Assembly: GCF_016835505.1 (NCBI RefSeq)
Contig: NC_053155.1
Coordinates: 74,660,088-74,724,087 of the forward strand
Source of the DNA: Polypterus senegalus
Lineage: Eukaryota
Direction: 5' to 3'
Length of the DNA stretch: 64,000 bases
Part shown: one piece after another, positions 1 to 12,041 of the stretch
Position numbering within the stretch: position 1 is the first letter of the stretch
Layout of the letters: each line of letters begins with the position of its first letter
Program-made: the position numbers and the translations under genes
The notes under the pieces: generated by a model
What the model was told of the DNA's origin: nothing
Databases searched by the model: none
Seen by the model: the letters and a program-made list of their open reading frames with translations, nothing else

Positions 1-61
1 TGGTTTATACTGTAGTTCCATCAAATGAATATTACTCATCTGTTACACTTTTTTCCAACAG

Positions 62-220
62 GTCAAGAGGAAGAAGAAAGAGCTGATTTTTTCTTCCACT
101 TCAGAAGTAGCTTTGAGATCATTTGGATTCTTCATGAAGAATCTTCAAAAAGATGGATTTGTTTTGCAGAAAAAGCTACCAGCTGCTGTGAAATTATTGG
201 CTTCTGAGAAACTGCAAAAG
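62..220 (+). CDS. PARP4: PARP4 exon (helical region upstream of catalytic domain); encodes VKRKKKELIFSSTSEVALRSFGFFMKNLQKDGFVLQKKLPAAVKLLASEKLQK
   Basis: AG acceptor at 60-61 and GT donor at 221-222, phase 0 in and out. The translation in this frame aligns with human PARP4 ...ENYIEELKKQGFLLREHFTPEATQLASEQLQA. The supplied ORF 25..207 is a different frame and does not match. Confidence 0.7.
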
Positions 221-2917
221 GTTGGAAAATATGCCAGTATTTACAGCTGTCTGAATATGTTGAGACCCTTATTCACACTCTAAAAAACTGCCAATAAACA
301 ATTCTATAGTATCACAAATAAACACCTAACTTCACCTGGGACCTGGGCCAAAAGAAAATGTACAGTATATTAAAAACAATTCAGCAAACACATCAAACAT
401 TCTTACAGTCAGGTAATCCTTAGTGAAACCGTACTGTGTAAGCACCTCTCTGTCTTACTATATTTCTTCTTCATTTCTTTCAAAATGTTGTAATGAAATC
501 TGTATCATTTGAAGAACCAGGAACAGGGAGAGTCAGTTCAGAACTTGGAGCTCTTCCAAGAAAAATGTCTTAATTTTAATTTCAGTTTCTGTTAGTACAG
601 TATGAAAGCGTGCTTGGTCAGAAACATCAGCTATAGGATATGAATGTTTGAGATCATTTTCTGTGTTTCCAGTAAAAAAGGACCCTGCACCAATCAAATT
701 AAAGACAGTAGTAGTTTTTGGACACATGAGATTAATGTCAGGGTGCAAAATATGGGTTAACCCATTTTAAATAGCTCATTACCTAGTGCTGGGTTTGTGA
801 GAAGGTGTTCTTGTAGCTGGTGATCAGCTATTCACAGGAAGGACAGGAAGGAATCTATCTACTGTTGCTTTACTGCCTGGGCAGGGCTACGTTTGTTAGC
901 TAACAGCAGCACATCGAGCAAGGAAGGTGAATATGTCCTTTGATTAGCCTTGTGAGGATTCAAGAAAGAGGGCTGAAGCTTTCATGTTAAATATATACAT
1001 AGAAGTTTCATACAGACGTTGTTGTTTGTCTTGGTCTCAGTGATGCTGAAGAGTATGAAAAAGGTTGCTGGAACCAGGATACCAACAGTCTTCACATTGT
1101 AGGGGTACAGCATGAGGCTAACCCTTCCTTGTTCCTAGCTCTTCATTTTTGTTCTAGAGGCATTTCCTGTAGCCCATAACAACAGGAAGGTGATGCATTT
1201 GGACTCATTACTCTGTCAGAGTATGGTGTTGTTATTTATCATTGTTCAGTAGTCAAGCCAGCTACTGAGTTGAACTCCTATTCAGTGTGTACCTCAGTCA
1301 TCCCAGTGTTCACTACATTATGCTCAAATACAAAATCTGAAAAAGGTAATTGTTTAATTACCTTTTAATTTTATTTTGCTTTACCCTTTAAATACAATTG
1401 CTCTGCCTTCCTTAATAACTTGAGCTGTAGCATTGGTCTGTGGCAAGTTGTAAAACTGGTTTACTAAAAATAAGTATCCTAATCCGCATGATGAGATAGC
1501 CACACAGCGTCCAAGTCCTTAAGTCTCATGAAAAGTGCTATTCTTTGTGATGTTGGAAAGAAGCAGACAGTGGTGTGGCTTTGGTTAGCAGATTGAATAT
1601 CCACATATGATGTAATTCATCCACTTGATGTGCATATCCTAGCTGATAGCAGTCTTCATAGCTAATTTGTCGTATATTCCATAGTAACGTGCAACATCTA
1701 ATATGTGACCTACATTTTTTCAAAAATCACCTTGCTGTTGTTTGTTTTCATTTCATATAACACATGGTTAAAAATACTCAAAATGACACAGGTTTAATTT
1801 TCAGTCACTATTGGGAATAAAATCCTAGTACCCAGTGGTAACCACTACATTAACATACTGTCCAAATTTACATTGGTTGCATTGTTTATTAAGTATTTTG
1901 TGTTTTTGTATTATGTTAATTTACGTAGTTTATTTAGATGTCTGCCATGTTTCCCTTATTTAAAGCAGGAGCTATAGCCACCTGACCATACAGCTGGGGA
2001 ACTGCCCCACCTAGTAATTAAAGAGTAGTTCCATTGAAACTGGAGCTTAGACATTGTCTTTTGGTTTAGAGATTCTTGGTTTTGTTCAAATTTAGGTTTT
2101 GCTTTTTTGTTCTCGTCTAACTTTTTTGTGCAATTTTAAGTTTATATTGTATGTTTGTTTCACTGTCCTTTGGAACCAGGGGTTTTCCCCTGAGTGTGCA
2201 GTGCAGTGTTTTTCTGTTAATCGTGCTGTATGAAAGAGAAGATTTTCATGGTGACAAATGATCTTAAGGGAGGAATTTGTAGCCTTTCTTGCCAGATACA
2301 ATTCATGTTCATGTGTAAGGTGAGAATAAAAAAATGTTTTTAAAAGATACTGAATGAAATGAGAATTGCACTGTCTGACTTGTCACACTGTTTCCGAATG
2401 TTACTGAACCGTACTCGGGCTCACCTCTTCCAAGTGGACCAGGGAAAGCTACAGTTGGCCCGGCACAGAGCAATTACACTAGTTGAACAAACTAGACTGT
2501 CGGGTTACATGCGGGCAAACGTGCCAGTGTGAGTACATCCCTAAGTTTAGGGTGACACTGCCTGGGGTGAAACCTGTGTAGATTACAAGTCTGGCTTTTT
2601 TTTGTCTTATTTTGAGGCCTGCACTCATTTGTGAAATTTATATAGGACAGTGATAACAACATATCGGAAACAAGACCTACTGAATGGTTTATACATGACA
2701 CTGAGGAGGGATGTGCATTGCTTCTTTAATTTAAATGGCCCTCGTTTCTTTTTGTATTTCCACCCTTTGCATATATTTAAAGGCTACAGCCAAGACATCT
2801 TTGAAGCAAAAGTATATCAGACAGTTATTATACTGCATGGTCATATTTTGATTAGTCTTTTTCTTTTTAGATTCATTATAATTATCATATTTTCCTTTTT
2901 ACCATTTCACTTGGCAG

Positions 2918-3055
2918 GTGCTACTTGAAGAAGCCTTGAGCAGCAGTATTATCTCTCAAGAAGTAGGAGTTTTTGTTGAATTGATTTGGACAGCAGCACA
3001 TGGATGCCTTAATGAAGTGCTTTCTTGTCCCATCAACAGTATCAGCCCAAATGAT
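2918..3055 (+). CDS. PARP4: PARP4 exon; encodes VLLEEALSSSIISQEVGVFVELIWTAAHGCLNEVLSCPINSISPND
   Basis: AG at 2916-2917 and consensus donor GTAAGT at 3056-3061. Aligns with human LLLEEVMNSSTLSQEVSDLVEMIWAEALGHLEHMLLKPVNRISLND. Confidence 0.85.
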
Positions 3056-3602
3056 GTAAGTTTGCTATGTACAAATCAAAATCCAACATTGACATACAAC
3101 CTGTGTAAATGTTATGTTGTTTGTTTTCAGTATAGAACTGATTTAATAAATTATATAAATTATTAGCCTGACTTTCTCTTTTTGTATATTGTTAGTAAAA
3201 ACAGATTGTAAATGCTATTATTAAAGAGATCTTTATTAACGTATACATTTTGAGATAATGAAAGGATTGCCAATACACATACTGACTTTAGAATTTGTGC
3301 TTTTTGACATACTTATTAGTACCTTATATTTGCAGCTACATTACAGCTAGGCACTATGCAAGTGTGAAATAGCAAAAAAATAAATAGATAAGCAGCGTAA
3401 TTATTTGTTAACAGCTTGCTGATTTGGTGGCCTTCACCTAAAGTGATGTTACCAACCCCCAGCACACCACAGAGTAAAAAAATCACAGTTACCATCACAG
3501 AGTTATAGAAGATATGAAGGAAGTCATATTAAAGGAATGTAGTGTCCTAAAGAAGAAGAGTTGACTCTGCCCTTTCTTATATAGTTACTCTGTGTTCTAA
3601 GA

Positions 3603-4130
3603 CTAGTCCAACCTGTCACTGATGTGGACCTCCAAGTACTTGTAGGAGTGCACCACTTCCACTCCCTCAATAATGACCAGAAGCTCTTTGGTGTTGTGAA
3701 AGTTTATAACCGGTTCCTTGGTATTTCTGATATTTAGGTGCAGACAATACTTTTTTGCACCAAGAAGTAAAATTCTCCACCTAATTACTTTACTCTGTCT
3801 TATTCCCTTATCAATACACCCCATAACTGCAGAATCATCTAAGAATTTCTGCAAGTGAAATGACTTGATGTTATATTTATAGTTTAAGATGTACAGTGTA
3901 AAGAGAAAAGGAGATAGGACTGTTGCTTGTGGTGCTCCATTGTTGCTCACATCCATATCAGAAGGACAGTTCTTGAGTCTCACAAACTGCTGTTTGCCCA
4001 ACAGATAATCAGTTATCCAAGACACCATAGGCTTATCCACCTGCACATCTCTGCATATCTGCATACCTGCATATTTCAATATACCTTGATGTTGAATTAA
4101 GAGCCTGTGGTATGCTTGACTAGAAGGCAC
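3603..4130 (-). mobile_element. LINE (L2-clade-like) reverse-transcriptase fragment; degenerate
   Basis: The minus-strand ORF encodes ...GAPQATVLSPFLFTLYI...FLDDSAV...NTKELLVIIEGVEVVHSYKYLEVHISDRLD. This is an RT palm region with a degenerate FADD box, and it parallels the copy at 22334-22935. Confidence 0.7.
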
Positions 4131-4605
4131 ACTCTCACTCCTTCAGATGTTAATCTGTTGGGCCATTTAGAAAAATTGTGACCACATGAAGTATGTAACA
4201 TTGATAATCCTATTTGCATTTCCATTTAGCTCAGTTAGTGGAACTCTCAATTGCATTTTTTTATCAGACATAGTAGACATCACACTGAGCCCATTCTGCA
4301 AAAGAATGATCTAATCTTATAATTCTGTGTAATTATTCCATGTTTCTATACATAATTCCATGCATACAGTTGGCCAAAATAACTATACTGAAATGGATTT
4401 TAGCTCTTTTAGTGCTACAATCCTGCTTATATAGTGACTTGTCTATATCTAATGGCCTTAGAGCAATCTTTGCCACTAAAAACACACAGCTGCACGATTT
4501 AGATCCATATTTCTTTTAAGGAAGATATAAACAGCCATTGCACTAATTTTCTGTTGGCATTACCACTATAAGTAGTATTTAATGGTGTATCTTTCATTTC
4601 TATAG

Positions 4606-4779
4606 GTAATCAGAGCAGAAGGGGTTCTTCATCGTGCACGAAAAGCTATGGAAAGTAGTTGCAGTTTTTCTGACCTGAAAATCATCATGTCTGAGTTCTT
4701 CCGTATCATCCCACATAAATGTATTGCTGAACCATTCATCAACATGAGGACAATTTCACAGAAGCAGGACCTATGTCAG
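4606..4779 (+). CDS. PARP4: PARP4 exon; encodes VIRAEGVLHRARKAMESSCSFSDLKIIMSEFFRIIPHKCIAEPFINMRTISQKQDLCQ
   Basis: AG at 4604-4605 and GT at 4780-4781; 174 nt in phase 0. Aligns with human VSKAEGILLLVKAALKNGETAEQLQKMMTEFYRLIPHKGT...KKADLCQ. Confidence 0.85.
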
Positions 4780-5148
4780 GTAATAATTCTATACCCACCA
4801 GTGCGGACTGCTCACGCTGATACCCATCTTAATGTGGTTAAACTGAATCACTCTCCGTGTGTCAAACTCTAATTTGCAAATAGATCTTTCAATAAATCTG
4901 CGTTTTTGTAATATAAGAATACACACAGAAAAGAGGAAACAATGCACTAAGTCGGGTTGTTTGTTTAGTTAACAAGCAGGTTATATCATTATCTCATCAA
5001 ATCATTTCCTTCACATTGGTACAGCATCAACTTTAGAGCAAGAAGATTGGCTTACAGATGCGGAAAACCTAGTAATTTCTGTTGCTATTTATCATCTGTA
5101 AATGTAAGTTTTGTGATGTAATTTGATTTTCTTTTTTTACCTCATCAG

Positions 5149-5309
5149 TTAATTAGGGATATTGTCAATGTAAGTGAATCCACTTTCTGGAGCCCTACAC
5201 CCTCATCACTTGCCAAATACCGAGCCCTGAGGTGCAGCATTGAACATTTAGAACCAGAAACAGAAGAATACTTTAACCTTACAAAACTTTTAACACCACA
5301 TGGTAAAAG
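5149..5309 (+). CDS. PARP4: PARP4 exon; encodes LIRDIVNVSESTFWSPTPSSLAKYRALRCSIEHLEPETEEYFNLTKLLTPHGK(S)
   Basis: AG at 5147-5148 and GT at 5310-5311, leaving phase 2. Aligns with human LIRDMVNVCETNLSKPNPPSLAKYRALRCKIEHVEQNTEEF...HHSK. Confidence 0.85.
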
Positions 5310-5504
5310 GTAAACAAGCTTTGTCACATTTCGGACTGTTTTATCCAGATCAAGAATGAATGGGACTGAGGCTCTTGTCCGAGATGCCTCAGAGACAGAA
5401 TTGCCAGATGTATATATTATTTTTTAGATTTTATCTCTCTCTCATTGCTATTAACATAATAATTATTTTTTTGTTGCTTTCGTTTATGAGGATATAGAAT
5501 AGCC

Positions 5505-5826
5505 TCACAGTAAGGAGACTGGGTTTGAATCATGGGTGTTCCCAATGTGGTGTTAGCCTCTTCTCCCCGTGTCCATATAAATTTCCTCTGGGTGCACCAC
5601 CTTCCTCCCACCTTTTAAAGACATGCAGGATAGGTGAATTGGCATTAATAAATTGGCTCTAGTGTGTGTGCGTGTCTGTGTGTGTGTGTTCACCCTGTCA
5701 TGGACTGGTGACCTGTGCAGGTGTTGTTCCTCTCTTGTGCCCAATGTCTGCTTCAGGTTCCAGCTTCCCCACAACCCTGTTCAGGATAAGTGAGCTTGAA
5801 GATGGAAGAATGGATGGATGGATGAA
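5505..5826 (+). mobile_element. SINE-like interspersed repeat (tRNA-related head, conserved ...TCCAAAGACATGCAGG... core, (GGAT)n tail), copy 1, diverged and 5'-truncated
   Basis: It shares the core and the ...gataagtgag...ggatggatggatg 3' end with the copies at 9692-9995 and 55611-55906. Confidence 0.65.
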
Positions 5827-7086
5827 TATGAAATATGGCTTCCTGCATTACTTACTACTGTAAAATATATATATATTTTTTAATAAAACACAAAACATTA
5901 CTTATGTATGTTTAATTTCGTATGCATCCAGAGGCTTGAATTTTTACACACTTGGTGAACAGATGCCACAGTGGCACCTGCACACTTAGCAAAACCCTTT
6001 AATCCCAGCTCTCCTACAGGAAAAGCTAGACCCTGACACACAACATGACACACTGCCCTGCAAAGCAGACCTGGCCAACCAGGCAAGACAGAAGCTATGG
6101 CAAACAGTAATAAAATAAGATATATATTTATTTAATGTTCACAATTTTAAAAGTCTATATCCAGAAAGGAGCAAATACAAAATCCAGTAGAACAAAATAT
6201 AACAGCAGAGATATCCAACTAGACTCGAGCCAAATAGCAAGTCCAAAAAGAGGAAAAGAACATAAGTTCAAAAATGTTGTGTCACCCAGCAATGGAAGGA
6301 CCAAAAGATAAACAGCAGTCAAAATAAGGAAGCTGAAACCGAGAGATAGAAAAGTACCTAGTATTCAGAGTTTAATTGTGATCCAAACTTGAAGTTGAAA
6401 GAATAACTAAGAGATTCAACTGCCAAGAACTTAAAAAAGGACACAAACTAACTTTGTTTCCTTTTCTTTTTGAACAATTCTTAAAAGTCAGACAAGGAAA
6501 TGACCTCAGGGTTCAATCTTTATACCCCGTGAACCCTGACATCACTTTCTTTGTTAACCTTGATGCTACCATTTGCAGCTGCATAGCAACTGCCAAACCA
6601 AACCACTCAAAATGGAATCTCCCAATGGAACCAAAATGAGTCGGGGGAGAACACAAAATAAATAATAAACATTAAAACAATGATGAAAAACAGCCTTCAA
6701 AATTGATTAAACAAACCCCCAAAACATAGAGGGAGAGAAAAATAACGTTGAAACCACTAGTAATCATGACAAAAACAAATAATCAAAATGCATAAAGTGA
6801 GCTTGGCTAAAGTCACTTACAGTGACAGAATCCAAAATACATGAGTAACCTGTTTCTCTCCTGCTCCCCCTTTTATTAATTTGCCCCTGCCATCATGTTG
6901 CTGCTGTTTGATTAATACTCAAGGCAACAAATACAGGTAGGTGCCAATGGCAGTGAAAGACAAAAGGAGTGACTACTGTGGAACCCTAGAGACCTTCTGA
7001 CAGGAATACTCAGAATAAAACTGAAAACCAGTTAAGTATAAGTCCCAAGGCCCACAGAAATCTTGGATTGGAATTATTAGGGAAGA

Positions 7087-7131
7087 TAGATAGATAGATA
7101 GATAGATAGAGAGAGAGATAGATAGATAGAT
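7087..7131. repeat. (GATA)n microsatellite
   Basis: gatagatagatagatagatagatagagagagagatagatagatagata. Confidence 0.95.
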
Positions 7132-7253
7132 ACTTTATTAATCCCAAGGGGAAATCCACATACTCCAGCAGCAGCATACTGATAAAGAACAATATTAAAT
7201 TAAAGAGTGATAAAAATCAAGGTATAACAGACAGACAATAATTTTGTATAATA

Positions 7254-7766
7254 TTAACGTTTACCCCCCGGAGTGGAATTGGACAATGACAGCAGTCTGT
7301 CGCTGAAGCTGCTCATCTGTCTGGAGATGATCCTGTTCAGTGGATGCAGTGGATTTTCCATTATTGACAGGAGTCTGCTCAGTGCCTGTCGCTCTGCCAC
7401 GGATATCAAACTGTCCAGCTCCGTGCCTACAATACAGCCTGCCTTCCTCACCAGTTTCTCCAGGCATGAGGCATCCCTCTTCTTTATGCTGCCTCCCCAA
7501 CACACCACCGCGTAGAAGAGGGCACTCGCCACAACCATCTGATAGAACATCTGCAGCATCTTATTGCAGATGTTGAAGGACGCCAGCCTTCTAAGGAAGT
7601 ATAGTCGGCTCTGTCCTTTCTTACAGAGAGCATCAGTATTGGGAGTCCAGTCCAGTTTATCATCCAGCTGCACTCCTAGGTATTTATAGGTCTGCACCCT
7701 CTGCACACAGTCACCTCTGATGATCACGGGGTCCATGAGGGGTCTGGGCCTCCTAAAATCCACCAC
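7254..7766 (-). mobile_element. LINE (L2-clade-like) RT C-terminal fragment
   Basis: The minus-strand ORF encodes VDFRRPRPLMDPVIIRGDCVQRVQTYKYLGVQLDDKLDW...QSRLYFLRRLASFNICNKMLQMFYQMVVASALFYAVVCWGGSIKK. It is about 90% identical at protein level to the copy at 22486-22935 on the opposite strand. Confidence 0.85.
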
Positions 7767-9392
7767 CAGCTCCTTGGTTTTGCTGGTGTTCAGCTGTAAA
7801 CATGTGCATTTCTGTGAGATGTTTCTCTCATTAAATTAAGCCACTTGCTTAATTGGATCGAATACGCAAGACTAATATTTGTGCACTTACTTGTATGGCT
7901 TAATAAAGTAAATTACATTAGTAGTAATTGTTCTTTTTCATGCCTTTTTAAAGTTTGTTTTAATTTTGCTTGTGTTTGTCCTTTTTTGATATTTCTCTAT
8001 ACACTGTGCTCTGCTATGGATCAGAGTTTTCAAGTAACATTCTGCATAAACGGCAAGTATTACATAAAACAAAACGATTCAAAACATTTGAACATAGTTT
8101 TTAAAAATGTTTCAAAAGTGTCAGGTGTAATGTTTCACATGGGAACAAAGCATCACTTGTTTTATGCATGATTACACTTGCTTTGCTAAGGCATGAAATA
8201 ATCTACACAGGCTTCATGTACAGAGAAGGAACCTTCTATACTTTTATCTTTTAAGGAATGTTTCAGGAGACTTTGGAAAGAATGCAGTAGAAGCCAAGCA
8301 CAGCCTGGTTCCTAGTTTATGAATTAAAAAAAAACATTTAGATGGTGATCCTTCTTTATATAAACTATTGTGCTGCTGTGATACCCCCGTAGCCATTGTT
8401 ACAAGACCTAGTAGTTCATGAATCAAGGTGGACTAGGGCAAGTTAAGAGACAAGAAGAAGTGTTGGTGCAAAAATGCATATTTAATAAAATAAAAGTGCC
8501 CAAGTGCAGTTATAAAATGTCTTCAATAAATAAATACTTCCATAAACACAGTGCTCAATGGTCTTCAATAAATAAATTAAAATGCAGTATCCATCTAGAA
8601 AACTTCCTGTCTCCTCTCCTTTCCACTTGGTTATTAAGCAGAAATGAGACACTACTGAATGTGGTCTCCTCGGCTCTGTAACAGCTAACTCTATTGGTAC
8701 CCGCAAAGAGTCCTCTCGAGCCCGGTTCTCTCTCCCTGCTACCTCCCTCGGTCACCACAGTAACTCTTCACGAGCCCTCAGTCTCCCCTGCTCTATACTG
8801 TTCCTTAGCAGGTTCGACTCATCTATCTAGAACAGCATCTCATGCTCTCCTGGAGACCTTCACCTGACCAGTCCAAACTTCTGAGCGTATTCTTACTCTT
8901 CCTGGTTGTCCCAAAAGTTCTCAGATTTCTTATTTTTACATATTTCTTTTACCCTTTTCTCTATTTACTCAGACCTTTTATAGAATAGTGTAGGCACGGG
9001 GGCTGCTAATGAGAGATGGTTGTGCTGATCTTTGTCTTATGTGCATACTGAATTAGCCAATTCCCTCATTAACGCTAGTCCTTGCCTCATGTATGCTACC
9101 GATATGAATCGCCGCTTTCCAAACTAAAATTTAACACCACTGTTTTCCAACAGAGCCATGAAATGGAGTATTGCAGCGGTATTTATAGCAATACTGTCTT
9201 GTGAATATATTGTTTCAGTTTATTTGCTCTGATTTTCCTCAGGAGTTATTCTGTTGTCTGTTATACTTTTTTTTAATGTGTATCCTTGCAGGCTACCCAG
9301 AACACATAGTGTTCGTAACTGTTGTCTTTGATTGTCTTCAAAGCAATAAAGAAAATGCACTGAAATATTATAATATGTTCCTCCTCTTTCAG

Positions 9393-9530
9393 TTTTCTTC
9401 CAGTGACTCTTCACCGTATTTTCCACGTTAGTAGAGTGGATGAAATGCTTGACTTCCAGAGAAAGCTCGGCAATGTGCAGCTTCTGTTTCATGCATCTTC
9501 CTTGAGCAAATTTGTTGGTATTCTGTCTCG
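9393..9530 (+). CDS. PARP4: PARP4 exon, start of PARP catalytic domain; encodes (S)FLPVTLHRIFHVSRVDEMLDFQRKLGNVQLLFHASSLSKFVGILS(R)
   Basis: AG at 9391-9392 and GT at 9531-9532. The phase-2 junction with the previous exon gives ...HGKSFLPVTLHRIF, matching human ...HHSKSPVDVLQIF...LGNVRPLLHGSPVQNIVGIL. The supplied ORF 9403..9588 begins at a GTG inside this exon. Confidence 0.85.
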
Positions 9531-9691
9531 GTTAGTAGTTATGATAATTTTTTATTGCTGTATACATTTGAATTTGGGATTCCTATAGGCTAGGGTTGCT
9601 AATTTTTATTAATTCTTTTTGTTGTTTTTTTTTTTTTTGTTGTTTTACACAAAAAAGTACAGCTTGAATTAAAAGAAATAAATGAATCATC

Positions 9692-9995
9692 GCAGCACAG
9701 TAAGGAGACCTGGGTTTGCTTCCCAGGTCCTCCCTGCGTGGAGTTTGCATGTTCTCCCCATGTGTGCGTGGATTTCCTCCAGGTGCTCCGGTTTCCTCCT
9801 GCAGTCCAAAGACATGCAGGTTAGGTGCATTGGTGATCCTAAATTGTGTGGGTGTGTGTGTGTCCTGCGGTGGGCTGGCACCCTGCCCGGGATTTGTTCC
9901 TGCCTTGTGCCCTGTGCTGGCTGGGATTGGCTCCAGCAGACCCCCCCGTGACCCTGTGTTAGGATTTAGTGGGTTGGACAATGACTGACTGACTG
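9692..9995 (+). mobile_element. SINE-like interspersed repeat, copy 2
   Basis: cagcacagtaaggagacctgggtttgcttcccaggtcctccctgcgtggagtttgcatgttctcc...gtccaaagacatgcaggttaggtgcattggtgatcctaaattg...ggctccagcagacccccccgtgaccctgtgttaggatttagtgggttggacaatgactgactgactg. The ORFs 9583-9988 on both strands lie inside this repeat and are spurious. Confidence 0.8.
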
Positions 9996-10176
9996 AAATT
10001 AATCATCATGTGAACCTTTTTTTTTTTAATTAACATGTTTTTGTGTAGTGCTTAATAGACCATTTTTTGTTGATTTTGAATTTATTCTCTCAACCTGCTC
10101 TCTATTTTTAGTATACTAATCAAACTGTATATACAGTTTTTTTGAGCTGATCCAGTGTTTTTCTGATTTTTAATAG

Positions 10177-10275
10177 TGGTTTGCTGTTGCCAAAGGTAGC
10201 AGTTGAACAACATGGAATTGCTAGAACAGATGTTGGTAATCTTGGAAGTGGCATATACTTCAGCAATGACATAAG
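10177..10275 (+). CDS. PARP4: PARP4 exon, catalytic domain; encodes (R)GLLLPKVAVEQHGIARTDVGNLGSGIYFSNDI
   Basis: AG at 10175-10176 and GT at 10276-10277. Aligns with human CRGLLLPKVVEDRGVQRTDVGNLGSGIYFSDSLS, including the conserved GSGIYF nicotinamide-stacking Tyr motif. Confidence 0.9.
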
Positions 10276-11857
10276 GTTTGTGGTTATGATATCCTTAAAT
10301 CAATCAATAAATATAAAGTAAGGGTTTAAAAAAATTCAAATAATAAAGCTTACTTGAATACTTGTTATTTAAGCTACTATGATTGTTCTATGACCCTCTT
10401 CTGTGCTAACTTTTGAACTAATCTTGCCAGACAGACTCAAGGAGACTTGTATAAATAATGCTGAAAAATAATAATTGTAATTATCAGTTTATATTAGTTA
10501 TCTAAGCAGTTTATGTGACTAAGGCCGATAAGAAAAATCAATGATTAAAGTTGCTGCTTCATAGAGGATCTAACTCAAAGTTGAATTAGGCATCGACTTG
10601 TGTTAAGAAAGATATACAGAGGTAGGTCATGGTAACATAAAAGTGCAAGGTTAGAGGTGTTCATGAGTATAGGAAAATCAACTAACCTACAAATAACAGA
10701 CATCCTTCCATGTTGATCTGAATGTTGACTCTGATACCACTGAATTAGTAGTTACCTGTGAACTACTCCATCCAGAAAAATCATAAAATGATAGTGTAAA
10801 TCTCAGTTCTTAGATAAATAAACACATAAACTAAGGTAGACATGTTAAACATTATCTGTGTTGGAAAAAAGGTAAGGTTGCCAATTCTGGAAGACTAATG
10901 TAGTACATGTTGTACATTATGTGGCACAAGCGATTGGCTGGTCTTTCATAAAGTTCTTTCTTTGTTGTGCCCAAGTCTAGCTAACATTGAGCATATCAGA
11001 ACATTTAATACATGGCTCATATTTTGGTTTAAGAGAGAGAAGCATTGGTGTATGGGATATTGGGACACATTTTATATTAGATGGCACTTGTAACCTCAAG
11101 ACAGTTTCCATTTGATTCAGAGAGGTTCTGATATATTCTTTCTACTTTCTAATTTTTGTCTCCAGAATTGCCCAAGGAAACATTGCTTATTTAGGATAGG
11201 CTTTTTAATGATTTTGCAAGATTTCTGGCCTATTAGCCAGTTAAATGTGTTAAATATGTTTCGCATAGCATCGCAAGAAAAGAATGTAACTCATAATTGA
11301 CTCTCTAGCTGACCTTATACTGATGCCAAAAGTACTAAAACGAAGACTAATTTTCCTAAATAGACTAAAGCTGAACAGTAAAATTTACAGGCATGCTCGT
11401 AGTAAATCAATACAGGTGAAATCGAAATATAACAAAATAATTTGGCATACATTTTTCTGGCATGGCTTTAGCTGTATTTTTTTGCATTTTATTGTAGCTT
11501 TACAACAGTTTCCCTTGGCTTGTTGTTCTTGATGTTTATTTATTATTATTAAGTTTGCTCTAAATAAAGTACTAGAAACAGATCTCATTAGATTAGATTA
11601 AAAAGAACTTTGTTTGTCCCAAGAGGGAACTTTTGCTTTGTATGGAAGCTCAGTAAATAAATACATGTATAAATATTTCAGTTACAGACAAATACTTCAC
11701 CATAAGAGGCCATTGTTCCATCTAATTTATTAAAATTATTATTTTCAGTAGGAATGCAGGTTATCTTGTAAATCTAAGAGATTTTAATTAGAAAATATTT
11801 ATATTTTTCTCTCATGTATAAACCTCATCTGTAAAATATTTTATTTTTGATTTGCAG

Positions 11858-12041
11858 AACAGCCATGAAATATTCGTCACCTAATGAAATAGATGGAACG
11901 TGCATACTGGTGGTTTGTGAAGTGGCACTGGGTCTGTGCAAGCAACTAACCCAGAAAGATTGTAGTTTGACAAGTGCACCAGATGAATACCACAGTGTGC
12001 ATGGAGTCCGTAACACACCACAGAAACCCACTGAATTTGAG
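11858..12041 (+). CDS. PARP4: PARP4 exon, catalytic domain; encodes (R)TAMKYSSPNEIDGTCILVVCEVALGLCKQLTQKDCSLTSAPDEYHSVHGVRNTPQKPTEFE
   Basis: AG at 11856-11857 and GT at 12042-12043. Aligns with human TSIKYSHPGETDGTRLLLICDVALGKCMDLHEKDFSLTEAPPGYDSVHGVSQTASVTTDFE. Confidence 0.9.

Noticed and set aside
25-207. Supplied ORF of 60 aa overlapping the first PARP4 exon
   Set aside because: It is in the wrong frame. The +1 frame with splice sites at 60/61 and 221/222 gives a peptide that aligns with human PARP4. This ORF's translation (…QEEEERADFFFHFRSS…) does not.
9583-9988. Four overlapping ORFs of 64-132 aa on both strands
   Set aside because: All of them lie inside the GC-rich SINE-like repeat, and their open frames are a compositional artefact.
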